From the NCBI GenBank assembly GCA_013239625.1, contig MU053487.1, positions 1,819,058 through 1,883,057 of the forward strand: a DNA stretch of 64,000 bases, in the 5' to 3' direction. The notes under the pieces are model-generated. The model was not told the DNA's origin. It searched no databases and worked only from the letters and a program-made list of their open reading frames with translations. Shown piece after piece: positions 39,786-53,691 of this stretch. The DNA comes from Lama guanicoe. Taxonomy: Eukaryota. The position numbers were made by a program, and so were the translations under genes. Within the stretch, counting starts at the first letter, position 1, and each line of letters starts with the position of its first letter.

Positions 39786-40524
39786 AAAGAATGATACTGA
39801 GATGATCAAAAACTTCCCCCCAAGGCTACCTGAGATCTAAGCTCACTGTTGGGAGCTGAGAACACACACGGTGCGCTACTTTATGCTTGCTTTGGAATCA
39901 GGACCAAAAGGATGCAAACACTAGATCACCCTTTACCCACTGCGCGTCCTTGGGGAAGCTGTCGCCCTCTGTAGCTTCAGTTTCCTTGACTATGAAGTGG
40001 GATAACAGTCCTCCTTTCTTCATAGCACTGTGATATGCATGCCAAGCTCAGAGCACAGGGCCTGCAGTCAGCCCTCAATATAAGTTCATCCTCAACAGTA
40101 TCATTTGAGGGGACAGGTACTTAAGGTGTGACTTGAGAAAGCAAAACTGAATCCAATGACCTCTGCTTCTAGCCTCGATTATACAATTGCTGACCCTCTG
40201 CCTGCCTCCTCCTGGCTCAGTTCTCTGCAGGAAACACACGGACTCCCTTGGTGACATTGTCTGAATCCTCAATATGTCTCTTACCTCTTAACGTAACTGG
40301 AGGACTAGCGCATTTTTCTAGCAAGCTTTTTATCTTTTCTTTTTCTTCTTCTTTTTTTTTTTTTTTGAGGAGTGCAGATTTCAAAAGTAGGCCAAAGTGG
40401 AAAATGTGCTTGTTTCCTACAAATTATTTGCAATTCAGCAACACACGAGTCCTCAACTGGACCATCTCCACACTTGGGCATCTCAAAGGAGTGGACATAC
40501 AAGGAGAAATCCGAAAACATGGGG

Positions 40525-40568
40525 TATTATTATTATTACTATTATTATTATTATTATTATTATTATTA
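40525..40568. repeat. (TAT)n trinucleotide microsatellite
   Basis: Near-perfect TAT run with one TAC interruption; it explains the poly-Y/I/L/N ORFs here. Confidence 0.95.
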
Positions 40569-41049
40569 GACATCTGGTTAATCCCAAAGCCCACAAAGCC
40601 CAGGTTTCTAAAGTCCATAGAAAATAAACACTTTGGGGCTGAGGGGTGGTAGGGGGAAGTTCCTGACAGCTGGTCTCAGGGGATAAGAAACCAAAATATA
40701 ATGCTCCATAGAAATTCACACAGGGTTGACCCACTTCTACCCCTGACTTTTGTATCCTATTTTCTCATCCAAGTCTTTGAAATACTCTCTGTTCCAGAAA
40801 ACAAACAAACAAGCCAACAGAACTCTTACAACCACAAGAGGATATCAGAACAAAAGAACTGCACCTACTTAGGCGGGCACAGATGAAAGAATTCTGGGCA
40901 GTCATAAAGGGAAAGGACTTGGATCCTTTAACTTGCATCTTTCGTGCTGCCCTCACTTACTCCAACGTACAAGGAGTCAAATCATGTCTGCTTGGTAAGA
41001 TGGAGGTAAAATTCTCACAATGTACATGGGAGCAGCTGCAAACTTTTAA

Positions 41050-41230
41050 GTCAGTTCTCAAACAGTACAGGGCATTAGAATGACCCTGTGAAATGCCTTT
41101 TTCTGGGTTCCAACCCCACTGATTCTGATTCAGCTGGTCTGGGAAGGAGTCTAAGAACTGGCCTTTCTAAGGAACCCTCGGTAATGCTGATGCTGCAAGT
41201 CCATGGACCACACCTCGGGTAGTACTGGTC
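41050..41230. mobile_element. hAT-Charlie MER5A
   Basis: gattctgattcagctggtctggga...gctgatgctgcaagtccatggaccacac. Confidence 0.8.
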
Positions 41231-41489
41231 AGGAGCACATGCCACATGTTCATTTCACTTCTTTTCTCCTTTTACTAATAAGACAAATACAACCAAGGAG
41301 AGAGTCTAAGCTGTCCTGGTCGAGGCCTTTTCCAGTTACTGCATGTGAATATCCTAGTTTTCATTTCTACCTGTACCTGTTAATATTAAATGTGTGTTCC
41401 TACAGCCAAGCCCAGCCGGTTTGCAGGATTCAGGGTGGGGTGGGTCTGGAGGCCACAGGGTGCAGCGGGAGGAAGAGGGTGGGGCAGGG

Positions 41490-41710
41490 CTCAGTGCTGG
41501 AATCCCTGCTCTGTCACCCCTCTAGTCACATAGGCTTAGTGAAGTTATTTCATCTTTCTGTGCCTCATTTTTCTGTTGTTGTTTAAGAAAATGGAGATCC
41601 CATTAGCACATCCCTCTGGGGATTTTGTGGAGATAAAAATCAATCAATATAGGAAAAGCATTTACAGTAGGATTGGGCACCAGAGTCCTTCAATCCAAGT
41701 TAGGCATGAC
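41490..41710 (+). mobile_element. MIR SINE
   Basis: aatccctgctctgtcac...aagttatttcatctttctgtgcctcattttt. Confidence 0.7.
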
Positions 41711-42277
41711 CAGAGTTTAAATGTTGGGATGCCTCTGGTCTGAACAGGTCCTAGGTCTTCACTTATTAACAGAGAGGGAGGCAGAGAAATCTCTTGAGGT
41801 TACTTGCTCAAACAAATGATAGGCTCAAGGCTTGCTCTCCGGGCTTAGCCTACTCACAGCCTGCTTTGTCAACACGCACAGCTTTGGAGCAGAGGGCTTG
41901 CTGAGCTCTTGGAAGCCTCTCTAGACACTTCCCAGAACACTCTCCTGAAGGCCCACTGAACTCACGATGGATTTCTTTGACAATAAGGCAAAATGATTGT
42001 CAGGAGGCTCAACTATACACACTTGGGTGGGTATACAATCAGATGTATCCATCTCTGTTAGGGCTACTACTGCCATTATAAAAGGCCATGTTGGTAAGAA
42101 GGCCCTCCATGGGAAGGGCAGGTGCCCGTTCACCCTGAGGATGCTGACCTAAGGACGGGGCATCAGAACAAAGAGCTTCCCTCCACAGAACAATGTCAGG
42201 GACTCATTGTACAACTCTATGGACAGAACTATTTCACAAGAACTCCGCATTCAAGAAGGAAGCCTAAGCACACAAAT

Positions 42278-42430
42278 CCCCCCCTTCCTCCTAAGAATAA
42301 CACTTAAGGGAATGGAGGAGAGACCACCAGTGTGTAAGCAAGTACTAACCCCCCCTTCCTCCTAAGGATAAAACAACGGATAACACTTAAGGGAATGGAG
42401 GAGAGACCACCAGTGTGTAAGCAAGTACTA
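42278..42430. repeat. Two-copy direct tandem duplication (70-nt unit)
   Basis: Copies at 42278-42347 and 42349-42430 share an identical 51-nt core; copy 2 has a 12-nt insertion. Confidence 0.95.
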
Positions 42431-44721
42431 CAACGTCTGTAAAGATTAAGAACAGCTGGAGTGCTAACAGATCAGGCAAAGTAACCACTGCCCAGCCTGC
42501 CAGGTGCAGAGAGGAGTGACGGAAGAGATGCAACTTTCCTGCTGTAGAGGTCCCAGGGGAGCTGCACTGGGGCTGCGGCCCAGGCTGTGTGAGCAGCCGT
42601 GGTACAGAGCACCCTGCCCTGCGCAGCAGCACCACCCCGCCACACCTCTCCCAGAGCACAGACTCGGGGGCAGTTTGCCACAAACAAACACACAAACAAA
42701 AGACAGGTCTTCAAGAAGAAACATGAATAAAATGACAGGGGAAAGCGAGAGATTGATGCTTCATGGGGGGAAAAAAAAAACCAACACTGCTCGTTTTGAC
42801 ATCTGGGGCATCCTCGTCATGATGTCAGCTCTACCCCTGCTCCTGCTGCCAGCACAGCGCTGTTCTGCCCGAACAGCACCCGGTCACAGATCACACCGCT
42901 CAAGGAGGCGCTGCAGCAAAGGGTCTTATGCAAACACTTAGGACCCCCAGGTAGGTGAGGAGAACAGGTATATGAGATGCCATGCGAAGAGAGTAAGAAG
43001 CAATACTTTTTAAGGAAGAATCAAATAGAAAATAATAGAAACAAACAAGTTACCAAAATAGGAAATTATATTTTTGAGGTGCCTTTAGATTGGGACTGTG
43101 AAGGGCTACAAGGTAGCAGATCTAGACAGGCAGACCCTCTTGGGTGACCAAGAATTGAAAGTACCAGTGGCCTCTCCCCAGAAGCAAACTTAAATGCAAA
43201 AGGCTTCATTAGAGATCAAACAGCATATTTCATAAAAAAGAATTTCCATTCACTGGGAACAGGCAGCAAACCTAAATTTGTAAAGTCTCAAGTTACATGA
43301 AGACAAACATGCATTAAATTTACAGGAGAAACTGACAGATTCACAATTGTAGTGCAAGATTTCTAAACATTTCTATGTTCCACGAGATTGAGAAAGAGAT
43401 CACATTTTACATCATTGTGAGCTCTTAGCTGGTGAAAAAGATCAAGATAAAGAAGTATATTGTGTAAGACTCAGAAAGGAAAAAAAAAGAATCTTATTCA
43501 TATGTGATATGAGTGTACTAGAAAATCTAGTAATTAGAATTTTAAAATGAGTTAAATAAAACACACAAAATAGCCTTCAACAAACAATTAGTAAATAACA
43601 TCTCATAAGGTTCTTTACAAGAGAAATAAATACCAAATATGTAGTCATAAATCTAATGAAAAGATTTGCAAGAAAAGGGAACACAAATACATAAAGCACT
43701 CAGTTTCCTAGCTAAATTGTCTCTTCCAGTTTGTATGAACATTCAGAGAGATAACTGCCTAATTTTAGTTAAAGAAAAATGCCAACTGTAGTACCTCCTC
43801 AGGATATTTATGTGGTGGCAACTTTTCAGTGAACATGGAAACTTGGCAGTTTTCATCTCAGAAAAAAAAAAAAACTAGGCAAGTGAAGTATTGCATTAGA
43901 CAATGAAAAATACCGAGAATATCTGACATCAAGTACTTTTAACTTTGGGTTGCAAAATCAGTATGCACTAGCAGGAAACAGCACAGATCAGAATCTCAAG
44001 ATACGGTTGCTGGTGGGACCCATTGCTGGTCAGAGAGGAAAACATAGGTTGTTGAGGTTTTGGTTGGGTTTTTTTTTTTTTTTTGGTTTTGGTTTTTTCT
44101 CCCCAGTCTGTCATCCCAAGTGTCCATCATGCCAGAAGGTCCCAACAACCACTGCTGCTTTCAGGTGACCACTGTCTAGGTTGCAATTTCCACGCCCAGG
44201 TGTCCAGGACACAAGCCAAGTCAGTTACCCACAGCCCCAGACACTTGGCTTCACCCAGTATCAGGCTATTTCCCCAACATTCTGATCCTAAATATAAACA
44301 CCCAAAGGATGGTATGTGTCACCATAAACAAGAAAACAACTGTCTCTCACTCTCCACAATGGCCCTTGAGGAGGACAGAGTAGCTCATTTTTAAAAAAAA
44401 AATTCATTTTGGTAGAGTCACCATTTCCCAGAAAACAAAACAATACAAAACAAACCGAAAACACTTTCACCTTCACTTCAAACACAAGCTGTCACAAGGT
44501 TTTGGCAGCTCTATACATTAAAATTGTTCTCCAATCTGTTTTTGCCCATTTCTCCCCACCTCCAGGGCTCCAGTACCAGCCTCACTTCCACTCTGGATTG
44601 TGACTGCTGCAAGCTAATAACCCTACTTCCAATCTCCAGCCCAAATTGATAGAGCAGCCTCTCTAAAAAACATCTGATCATCTATGGGTCCCTACTGCTA
44701 TGGGGATAGCATTCCAATTCC

Positions 44722-46228
44722 TCCATATGTCTGTTTTTATGACAATACCACACTGTTTTCATTTCTGTAGCTCTGAAGTACTATCTGAAGTCTGGATCAG
44801 TGAAACAGAATAGAGAGCCCAGAAATAAACCCACAGACCTATGGTCAATCAATCTTCAACAAAGGAGGTAAGAATATACAATGGAGAATAGACAATCTCT
44901 TCAGCAAGCAGTGTTGGGAAAACTGGACAGCAGCATGTAAATCATTGAAGTCATAACACTCCCTCACACCATTCACAAAAATAAACTCAAAATGGCTTAG
45001 ACTTAAATATATGACAAGACACAATAAACCTCCTAGAAGAAAATATAGGCAAAACATTGTCTAACATAAATCTTAGCAATGTTCTCCTAGGGCAGTCTAC
45101 CCAGGCAATAGAAATAAAAGCAAAAATAAACAAATGGGACCTAATTAAACATATAAACTTTTTCACAGCAAAGGAAACCATAAGTAAAACAAAAAGACAA
45201 CCTATGGAATGGGAGAAAGTATCTGCAAATGATGTGACTGACAAAGGTTTAATTTCCACAATATATAAACAGCTCATACAACTTAATAACCAAAAAACAG
45301 CCTACTCCAAAAATGGGCAGAAGACCTAAACAAGCAACTCTCCACTGAAGACACACAAACGGCCAACAGGCACATGAAAAAATGCTCAATATCATTAATT
45401 ATCAGAGAAATGCAAATCAAAACTATAATGAGATATTACTTCACAAGAGTCAGAATGGCCATCTTTCAAAAGTCCACAAACAATAAATGCTGGAGAGGCT
45501 GTGGAGATAAGGGAACCCTCCTATACTGCTGCTGGGAATGCAGTTTGGTGCAGCCTTTATGGAAAATAGTATGGAGATTTCTCAGAAAACTAAAAATAGA
45601 CTACCCTATGATCCAGCAATCCCACTCCTGGGTATATATCTGGAGGGAACTCTAATGCAAAAAGATACCTGCACCCCAATGTTCACAGCAGCACTATATA
45701 CAATAGTCAAGACATGGAAGCAACCTAGTGTCCATTAATAAATGACTGGATAAAGAAGCTGTGGTATATTTATACAATGGAATAGTACTCTGCCATAAAA
45801 CAGAATAAAATAATGCCATTTGCAGCAACATGGATGGACTTAGAGATCGTCATTCTAAGTGAAGTAAGACAGAAACAGAAAGAAAAATACCATGATGACA
45901 CCACTCATATGTGGCATCTACAAAAAAGAAATCAAGAGGATACTAATGAACTTATCTACAAAACAGAAACAGACTCTCAGACTTAGCAAACAATCTTTGG
46001 TTGCCAGCAAAAGGAAGTGGGATGGGATAAATTTAGGAGTTTGATGTTTACAAATGTTAGCCACTATATATATAAAAATAATTTTTAAAAGTTTCTTTTG
46101 TATAGCACAAGGAACTATGCTCAATATCTTGTAATAACCTTTAATGGAAAAAATATGAAAATGAATATATGTACACCAGAGACTGACACACTGTAATTGA
46201 CTGTACATCAATTAAAAAAAAAAACAAA
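44722..46228 (+). mobile_element. Young LINE-1 with 5' inversion (44722-44795 inverted)
   Basis: ORF2 C-terminal ORFs ([17 protein letters not shown]..., [13 protein letters not shown]) plus 3'UTR and poly(A). The inverted piece is the L1 sequence that normally lies just upstream of 44796 (compare 50311-50390). Confidence 0.95.
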
Positions 46229-46522
46229 CTAGGAAGAGGAGAATCATTAAGTGGCCCAAGGCCTCATCACTGATAGAAGGCCATCTTGTCTGATTCCAAT
46301 CCCCGTTTGTTGGGCTGATTTTCTGCGGTCCCCTTCAGTTATCATGCACACACACACAAGAAGTTTGTTTTCATAAAAACCACAGAGTGTTTGGGTCAAT
46401 AACTCAGTGTTACCTGCAGGCCTGAGACAGTGTGTCAGATACTTTTATCTTTTCTATATCCCATCTCATCAATCACTTGTCTTCAGTGAATTTTCTGTTC
46501 AAATTCTAATTAAATCGCAAAT

Positions 46523-46680
46523 CGGTGGTTTTTCAAACTTTTTTAAGTTGGTGAAATCCATTTTTAAATGAAAGCCTAAATGAGAAGCCTCACCTTCTCT
46601 TCCTCAAAGACAAGGTGCCCTGAAAATATTTCAGAATACAAGGACTCCACAGAACACGGAATTTGAGAGCCACTGCTTTA
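46523..46680. mobile_element. Old hAT-type DNA transposon remnant
   Basis: Imperfect terminal inverted repeats cggtggtttttcaaact ... aatttgagagccactg. Confidence 0.5.
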
Positions 46681-49034
46681 GACAGGAAGTTTACGATGGG
46701 AAACAAATGTGCATGTCCAGCTGTGAGTATTCTGGTTTCCCAGAAGCTCTGTCTTGGAAACATGGCCATGCCCCTGGAGGAAGGGTGATGGCAGCTCACA
46801 GTCTGTTGAGCTGCCACAGCAGCAAGTAAAGGAAAACGTCTTCTCTAAAATTTCAACTCGCAAGATGGGAGAATCACCTCATTACCCCTGGATGCTTGTT
46901 ACTGCAACTCAATTGTATGGTGTACAAATGTTTCTGTGTCATAAAAATTATGTTCTCTATATATCATATTGAAATTGAGCTAACCTCATTCTTACAATAA
47001 ACTCTTATGAAATCACATGGATTTGCAGCTCGAGTCCATTTGTCTTCCTGATCCATTAACAGCACATTTATCATCAAATGAACCTAAAGTGTTTGCTGCT
47101 GTTTGCTTTTCCAAGTCTGGGTGACCAAAGTGCTGACATTAGCTGGTGAATCTTACCATGATGGGTGCACAGGAGGCTGGAAAGATTCTCCGAAGCAGGA
47201 GAATAAGAGATTCAACAGCAGGCAGAAATCAAGACAGAAAATGTAATCACTGAGTAAACTTAGCCTTTGTAATAGTGTCTCTGCAAATGTGTGATGGCAA
47301 ACACAACCCTTCTTTTTGGCAATGAATAGGAGTGAGCATCCTTTGAGTGTTTATGCCTTATTCTCCATCAGTGGGTTGTACTTACTGATTTTGTCCCTAG
47401 AGCCTGAAATGGAAATAAATGTTATGAAAATCATTTTCATTTGGAGGTAAGAAAAACCAAGAATTTTGTGATAGATGCTCCTGTTGCCTTGCTTCCAAAC
47501 TGTTATACAAAAATACAGCAAAGGTACTCAGGCCCTTCAACTTGGTGGGTCAATCAGAGAGACTTTTCAGAGACTGTAATGTCAGATGTCATCTCTCTAT
47601 GGGTTGCTTTGGCCATTACACCCGCACGGTCCCTTTCACGCTTAAAACAACACAAAGAGCAACCAACAAACCAAAGAAGTATTGACTCTTCTATTTCTTC
47701 TGATAATCACCCCATTTCTTTTTTCATAGCCAACCAATAAGCCATCTCTTAATTCATTCTCCAAGTTACTGGCTTCCTCCAGGATTCTGAACCTTGATTT
47801 CTCTTTCTACCCTCATGTAAATATCCCCTTCCAAACAAGAGCACAGAATACTGTATTAGGAACTCAATGGAGTCCTTGAGACTTCAGACTCTTGGGGTGG
47901 CCCTGAGCTTGCCCAGAATTCATGGAGTTATATCAGAAGCATCAATGAGACAGAGAGGGCACAAGACACCCAGGCAGAGTCCCACTGAGTCATAAATTCT
48001 GAGGGCAGAAGAACTCTGGGGAGAACGATGAGGAACCTAAATGAGGTACCTACCCAAGCCAGTATTTGACTACCACAGCGACTGCCAAAAATAAACTCTT
48101 TAGCCTAGAAGAGTAGGCCCAGCCATGACTGTTTCCATATCTGCTTCCTTCCCTCCTTGCCCACCCAAGGGTGCTGCATCTCTGAAATTTCAAAATAAAA
48201 CTCTGGTAAACCAAACATTTCTTTCCTCAATTTATCTGGATCTGTAATACTCAGAGGGACCCACAAAGAGCAACTCCCAAACTAGGCAAGACCTCTCTCC
48301 CCGCAGAAGCGTAAACTGCGTGACAAAAATCACATAACTCCAGCACGATGAAGTGAGGGGACCAACACGTTCTATCTCAAAAGCAACCAGAGAGCTAGAC
48401 AAAACTATCAAAAACAATTATTCAGTGCTCTGGAAATTGTCCGAAGATGAAAAGCAAACCGAGATGCATTCATTCACAAAACTGTTGAACTGATGACAGC
48501 AGAGCATCCTTGCTCTGACCTCTCTACTCAGTGTGGTCCTTTAACCCAGGCAGGGCAGGCAGTGTACAACAGCAGCTCTTCTTCCATTGCTGAAGGAGCT
48601 TCCTTAAATAGGACACTGTCAGTTGAATGGCGACTGGCTAACGCCACTAACCTCAAGTTATAGTCCTGTTTGGGACAGGAAATGGATCAACAGACTAGAA
48701 AGGGATTTACAGTGAGTTCTGGGAGGTGAGACTACCACAGGGGCCTGAAATCTCTCCATGTATCCTGGGTTAACAGAGACTGTGCAGGTGTACGGCAGAA
48801 ACCGGAACAACTGGAGGGCGGACTGCAGAGAGCCTCTGGGAGGTTTTTTGAGGTGAAGCAAATATTCTAAGACTGGACTGTGGTTATGGTTGCACAACTC
48901 TATAAATGAACTGAAAGTAATTGAACTGGATATTCACAGTGGGTGAATTTTATGGTATATAGTGTACACCTAAATAATGCTATAACAAATTCACACGATC
49001 CATAAAAAAATGCATAACAATTCAAAAACAGAGA

Positions 49035-51823
49035 TCGATCATTTGTACAGACCAATCACTAGAAGTGAAATAGAATAAGCAATAAAGAAACCTCCCTGAA
49101 AACAAAAGTCCAGGACCAGATGGCTTCACTGGGGAATTCTATCAAACATATAGAGAGCTCATACCAATCCTTCTCAAACTCTTCCAAAAGATTGAAGAGG
49201 AGAGAATACTCCCAAATTCATTCTATGACGTCACAATCATCCTGATACCAAAGCCAGACAAAAACAGTACCAAAAAAGAAAGCTATAGGCCAATATCACT
49301 GATGAACATAGATGCAAAAATCCTCAACAAAATATTAGCAAACAGAGTCCAACAACATATAAAAAAAGATCATGCATCATGATCAAGTTGGGTTCATCCC
49401 AGGGACACAAGAATGGTTCAACATATGCAAATCAATCAACATGATACATCATATCAACAAGTTAAAGGACAAAAATCACATGATCATCTAAACAGATGCA
49501 GAAAAAGCATTTGATAAAATGCAACACCCATTTATGACAAAAACTCTTACCAAAGTGGGTATAGAGGGAACATATCTCAACATAATAAAAGCTATTTATG
49601 ACAAATCTATAGTCAGCGTAATACTCAATGGTGAAAAGCTAAAGGTCTTTCCCCTAAAATCCAGAACAAGACAAGGATATCCACTATCATCACTACTATT
49701 CAATATAGTACTGGGAGTCCTAGCCAGAGCCATTAGACAAGAAAAAGAAATAAAAGGGATCCAAATTGGAAAAAAAGAGGTACAACTGTCACAGGCAGAT
49801 GACATGATACTATATATAGAAAATCCTCAAGGCTCCACATAAAAACTACTAGAGCTAATAAAAGAATTTGTCAAGGTAGCAGGTTACAAGATTAACATAC
49901 AGAAATCAGTGGCATTTCTTTACATTAACGATGAAATACCAGAAAAGGAAAGTAAAGAAACAATCCATTTTAAAATTGCATCCAAAAATCTAAAATACTT
50001 AGGAATAAACCTGACCAATGAAGTGACAGACTTATATGCAAAGAACTACAAAACTCTGACTAAGGAAATTAAAGATGACTTTAAAAAATGGAAAGATATC
50101 CCATGTTCTTGGATTGGAAGAATTAGTATTGTTAAAATGGCCATACTACCCAAAGCAATCTACAGATTTAATTCAATCCCTGTCAAAAATATCCAGGACA
50201 TTTCTCATAGAATTAGAACAAATAATCCTAAAATTTATATGAAATCACAGAAGACCCAGAATTGCCAAAGCATTACTGAAGAGAAAGAATGAAGCTGGAG
50301 GAATAACCCTCCCAGACTTCAGACAATACTACAGAGCTACAGTACTCAAAACAGCATGATATTAGTACAAAAAACAGACACACAGATCAATGGAACAGAA
50401 TAGAGAGCCCAGAAATAAATCCACAAACTTTTGGTCAATTAATCTTTGACAAAGGAGGCAAGAACATACAACAGAGTAAAGATAATCTCTTCAGCAAATG
50501 GTGTTGGGAAAACTTGACAGCTGCATGCAAATCAATGAATTTAAAGTACTCTCTCATACCATACACAAAAATAAACTCAAAATGGCTTAAAGACTTAAAT
50601 GTAAGACAAGACACTATAAAAATCTCTCAGAAGAAAACACAGGCAAAACATTATCTGATATAAATCTAAGCAATGTTCTCCTAGGACAGTCTACCCAAGT
50701 AATAGAAATAAAAGCAAAAGTAAACAAATGGGGCCCAATTAAATGTAAAAGCTTTTGCACAGCAAAGGAAACCATAAGCTAAACAAAAAGACAACCTACA
50801 GAATGGAAGAAAATATTTGCAAAAGATGAGACTGACAAGGGCTTAATCTCCAGAACATATAAACAGCTCATACAACTTAATGAGAAAAAAATAACCCAAT
50901 CCAAAAATGGGCAGAAGACTTAAACAACCATCCAATGAAAACTTATGGATGGCCAATAGGCACATGAAAAAAAGTTCAATATTGCTGAATTATCAGAGAA
51001 ATGCAAATCAAAACTACATTGAGCTATTACCTTATACTAGTTAGAATGGCCATCATTCAAAAGTCCACAAATGCTGGAGAGGGTGTGAAGAAAAGGGGAC
51101 CATCCTACACTGTTGCTAGGAATGTAGTTTGGTGCAGCCATTATGGAAATCAGTATGGAGACTCCTCAAAAAAATAAAATAAACTTATCATATGATCCAG
51201 CAATCCCACTCCTGAATATATATGCAGAGGGAACCTTAATTCAAAAAGACACATGAACCCCAATGTTCATAGCAGCACTATTTACAATAGCCAAGACATG
51301 GAAGCAACCTAAATGTCCATCAACAGATGACTGGATAAAGAAGCTATGGTATATTTATACAATGGAATACTACTCAGCCATAAAAAAGAATAAAATAATG
51401 CCATCTGCAGGAAAATGGATGGACCTGGAGAATGTCATTCTAAGTGAAGTAAGCCAGAAAGAGAAAGAAAAATACCATATGATTTCACTTATATGTGGAA
51501 TCTAAGAAAAAAAAAGAAATATAAGCTTATTTACAAAACAGAAACAAACTCACAAACTTGGAAAACAAACTTACAGTTACCAGAGTGGGAAGGGATAAAT
51601 TGGGAGTTCGAGATTTGCAGGTACTAACTAAAATATACAAAATAGATAAACAACAAGTTTATACTGTATAGCACAGGGAACTATATTCAGTATCTTGTAG
51701 TAACTTATGGTGGAAAAGAATATGAAAACGAATATATGTATATTCCTATATGACTCAGGTACTGTGCTGTACACTAGAAATTAACACAACATTGTAAACT
51801 GACTATACTTCAATAAAAATATA
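49035..51823 (+). mobile_element. Young 5'-truncated LINE-1, 2.8 kb (ORF2 RT to 3'UTR), inactive
   Basis: ORFs contain [34 protein letters not shown] and [12 protein letters not shown]. It has multiple stops and frameshifts, and the catalytic motif is damaged (SQADD). Tentative TSD caaaaacagaga / caaaagcaaaga. Confidence 0.97.
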
Positions 51824-51989
51824 CAAAAGCAAAGACCCAATCTATGAATCTGGATACCAAATCAATCTGAAGAAAAGATATTAAGATAGACCTTATTTAA
51901 AAGGTTTTAAATTAATAGCTATGTTAATTTTTTACAGTACTATGAAAAACTGTTAATTTTTTAAAGTACTGTATAATGGAAATTAAAGA

Positions 51990-52185
51990 ACAGCACTATT
52001 CAATATAACTTTTTGCACTGATGGCAATCTATAATTGTGCAGGCCAATATATTGGCTCCTACTCACAGGTGTCTTGAAATGTGGCTAATGTGACTGGGAA
52101 ACTGAATTTTGTATTTTATTTCATTGTAATTAATTTAAATTTAAAAGCCATTTTGACTAGTGGCTACTTTATGGGATAGTACAAG
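51990..52185. mobile_element. hAT-Charlie MER3-like element
   Basis: cttgaaatgtggctaatgtgactgggaaactgaattt...ctagtggctact. Confidence 0.75.
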
Positions 52186-53691
52186 TGTAGAAAGAGCCCG
52201 AATATACACGTAATTTTGTTTATGAAATATGGTCATTTCAAAACAACAGAAAAGTAAAAGATCATATAGAATATCTTCTTAAGGTTTCCAACTCAAGAAA
52301 TGCAAATTAAGGTAATGTGATACTACACCCAATTAAATTGGCAAAAGAAAAAAAATCGCCCATTATTAAACAGATTGTTCACTAATAGATGGAGAAACTT
52401 GGGATTTTGATTTTTAAGACACTGCTAATTGAATTCTCAAAGAATCTGGTTTCTGGGGGAAAACTGGCTGTGCATATCAAAGAATTTAAAATTATGCTTT
52501 TAGTCAACTCACAGATCCCATTCGCAGGAAACAGCCCTACAAAAATAATCTGAAACGAGCGTAAGTGTGCTCACTACTGTGCTTACAATAACAGAACACT
52601 GGTAGTAATTTAAACATTCAAGAATACAAGGCTAGTGAAATAAATTACACCACTGTATTGGTAGTATTATATTTATTTTAATATTAACTGAACTTAAAAT
52701 GTTTATTGTTTGTTAGTAAAGGCAAAGGTTGGCTGTACAACATTGGAAAATGTGATTTCACTTTTGAAATCTCTATGTCTCTTTATCAGTCTCTGTACCT
52801 AGAAGCAAGTGAGGCAGAGGAGCAGCAGGGCTCATCTATGGGTGATGAAATTATGAGCATATCAATTAGGGCTCTCTGTTGGCAAGCACAGAAATCAATT
52901 CCAGTTACATTATGTGAGTGCTGTTTATTTAAGAAGACTGAAAAAATAGATTAAGCCATATTGGATCCAACCAAGGGGGAAGGGAGGGAGGAGAGACAAG
53001 GACAAAGGAATAGGAGAATTACGTAAGGTACAGCTCTGTAACAGCAAATGTGCAACTCTGAAGGCCTCCTGACGCAGACATTAAGTCTTCAGTTGCTGGA
53101 CTATAAGGTGGTCTAGTGGATCTTTGGAGAAGAGCAGCGAGAGTCAGGGGTGTGGGGGAGGCATCAGGGACCAGGGTAATAGCTACACAGCAAGCAGTAC
53201 AAAGGTGTTTCAGTAATTAAACCACCACTACGGCTGTGCTCAGGCAAACAAGCTACCAGCTTTGTACCTGTAACTACACATCCTATATTCACTGTTTCTT
53301 TTCTTCTTGAGTTTTCTGTTCTATTGGTTTGTTAGAAGCATGTTTCAAATATTTTTCTTAAGACAGAATAAAATATGTGGATTATGCTAAGAATTCTTAA
53401 AATACTTCAAGTTAGACAGACAGAGTAGATAGACAGGGATATAAACTTAGAGATAAATTTGTCAAAAAATACCTTTCCTGAATTTAAGACACTCTTGTTT
53501 CCATTTTCTTTTTAATGATATATAGTTTTCCTCTGGCTTCTAAATGCAAATTTTGCAACTGAGGTATCTGATAGCAATCAAATATTCTGTTTCTTTTGCA
53601 GGTAACTTCTGGCCTGCAAGTTCTACAGTTTTTATCCTTAGAGAGCAGGGGTTTTACCACGTATGTCTGGCAGACTGTGCCTTTTCTGATG

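Noticed and set aside
40248..40734. Cluster of overlapping ORFs with poly-L, Y, I and N runs
   Set aside because: Artefact of the (TAT)n microsatellite and T-rich tract.
49519..50292. Reverse-transcriptase ORFs as an active or domesticated gene
   Set aside because: Ordinary 5'-truncated L1 ORF2 with stops, frameshifts and a damaged F/YADD motif.
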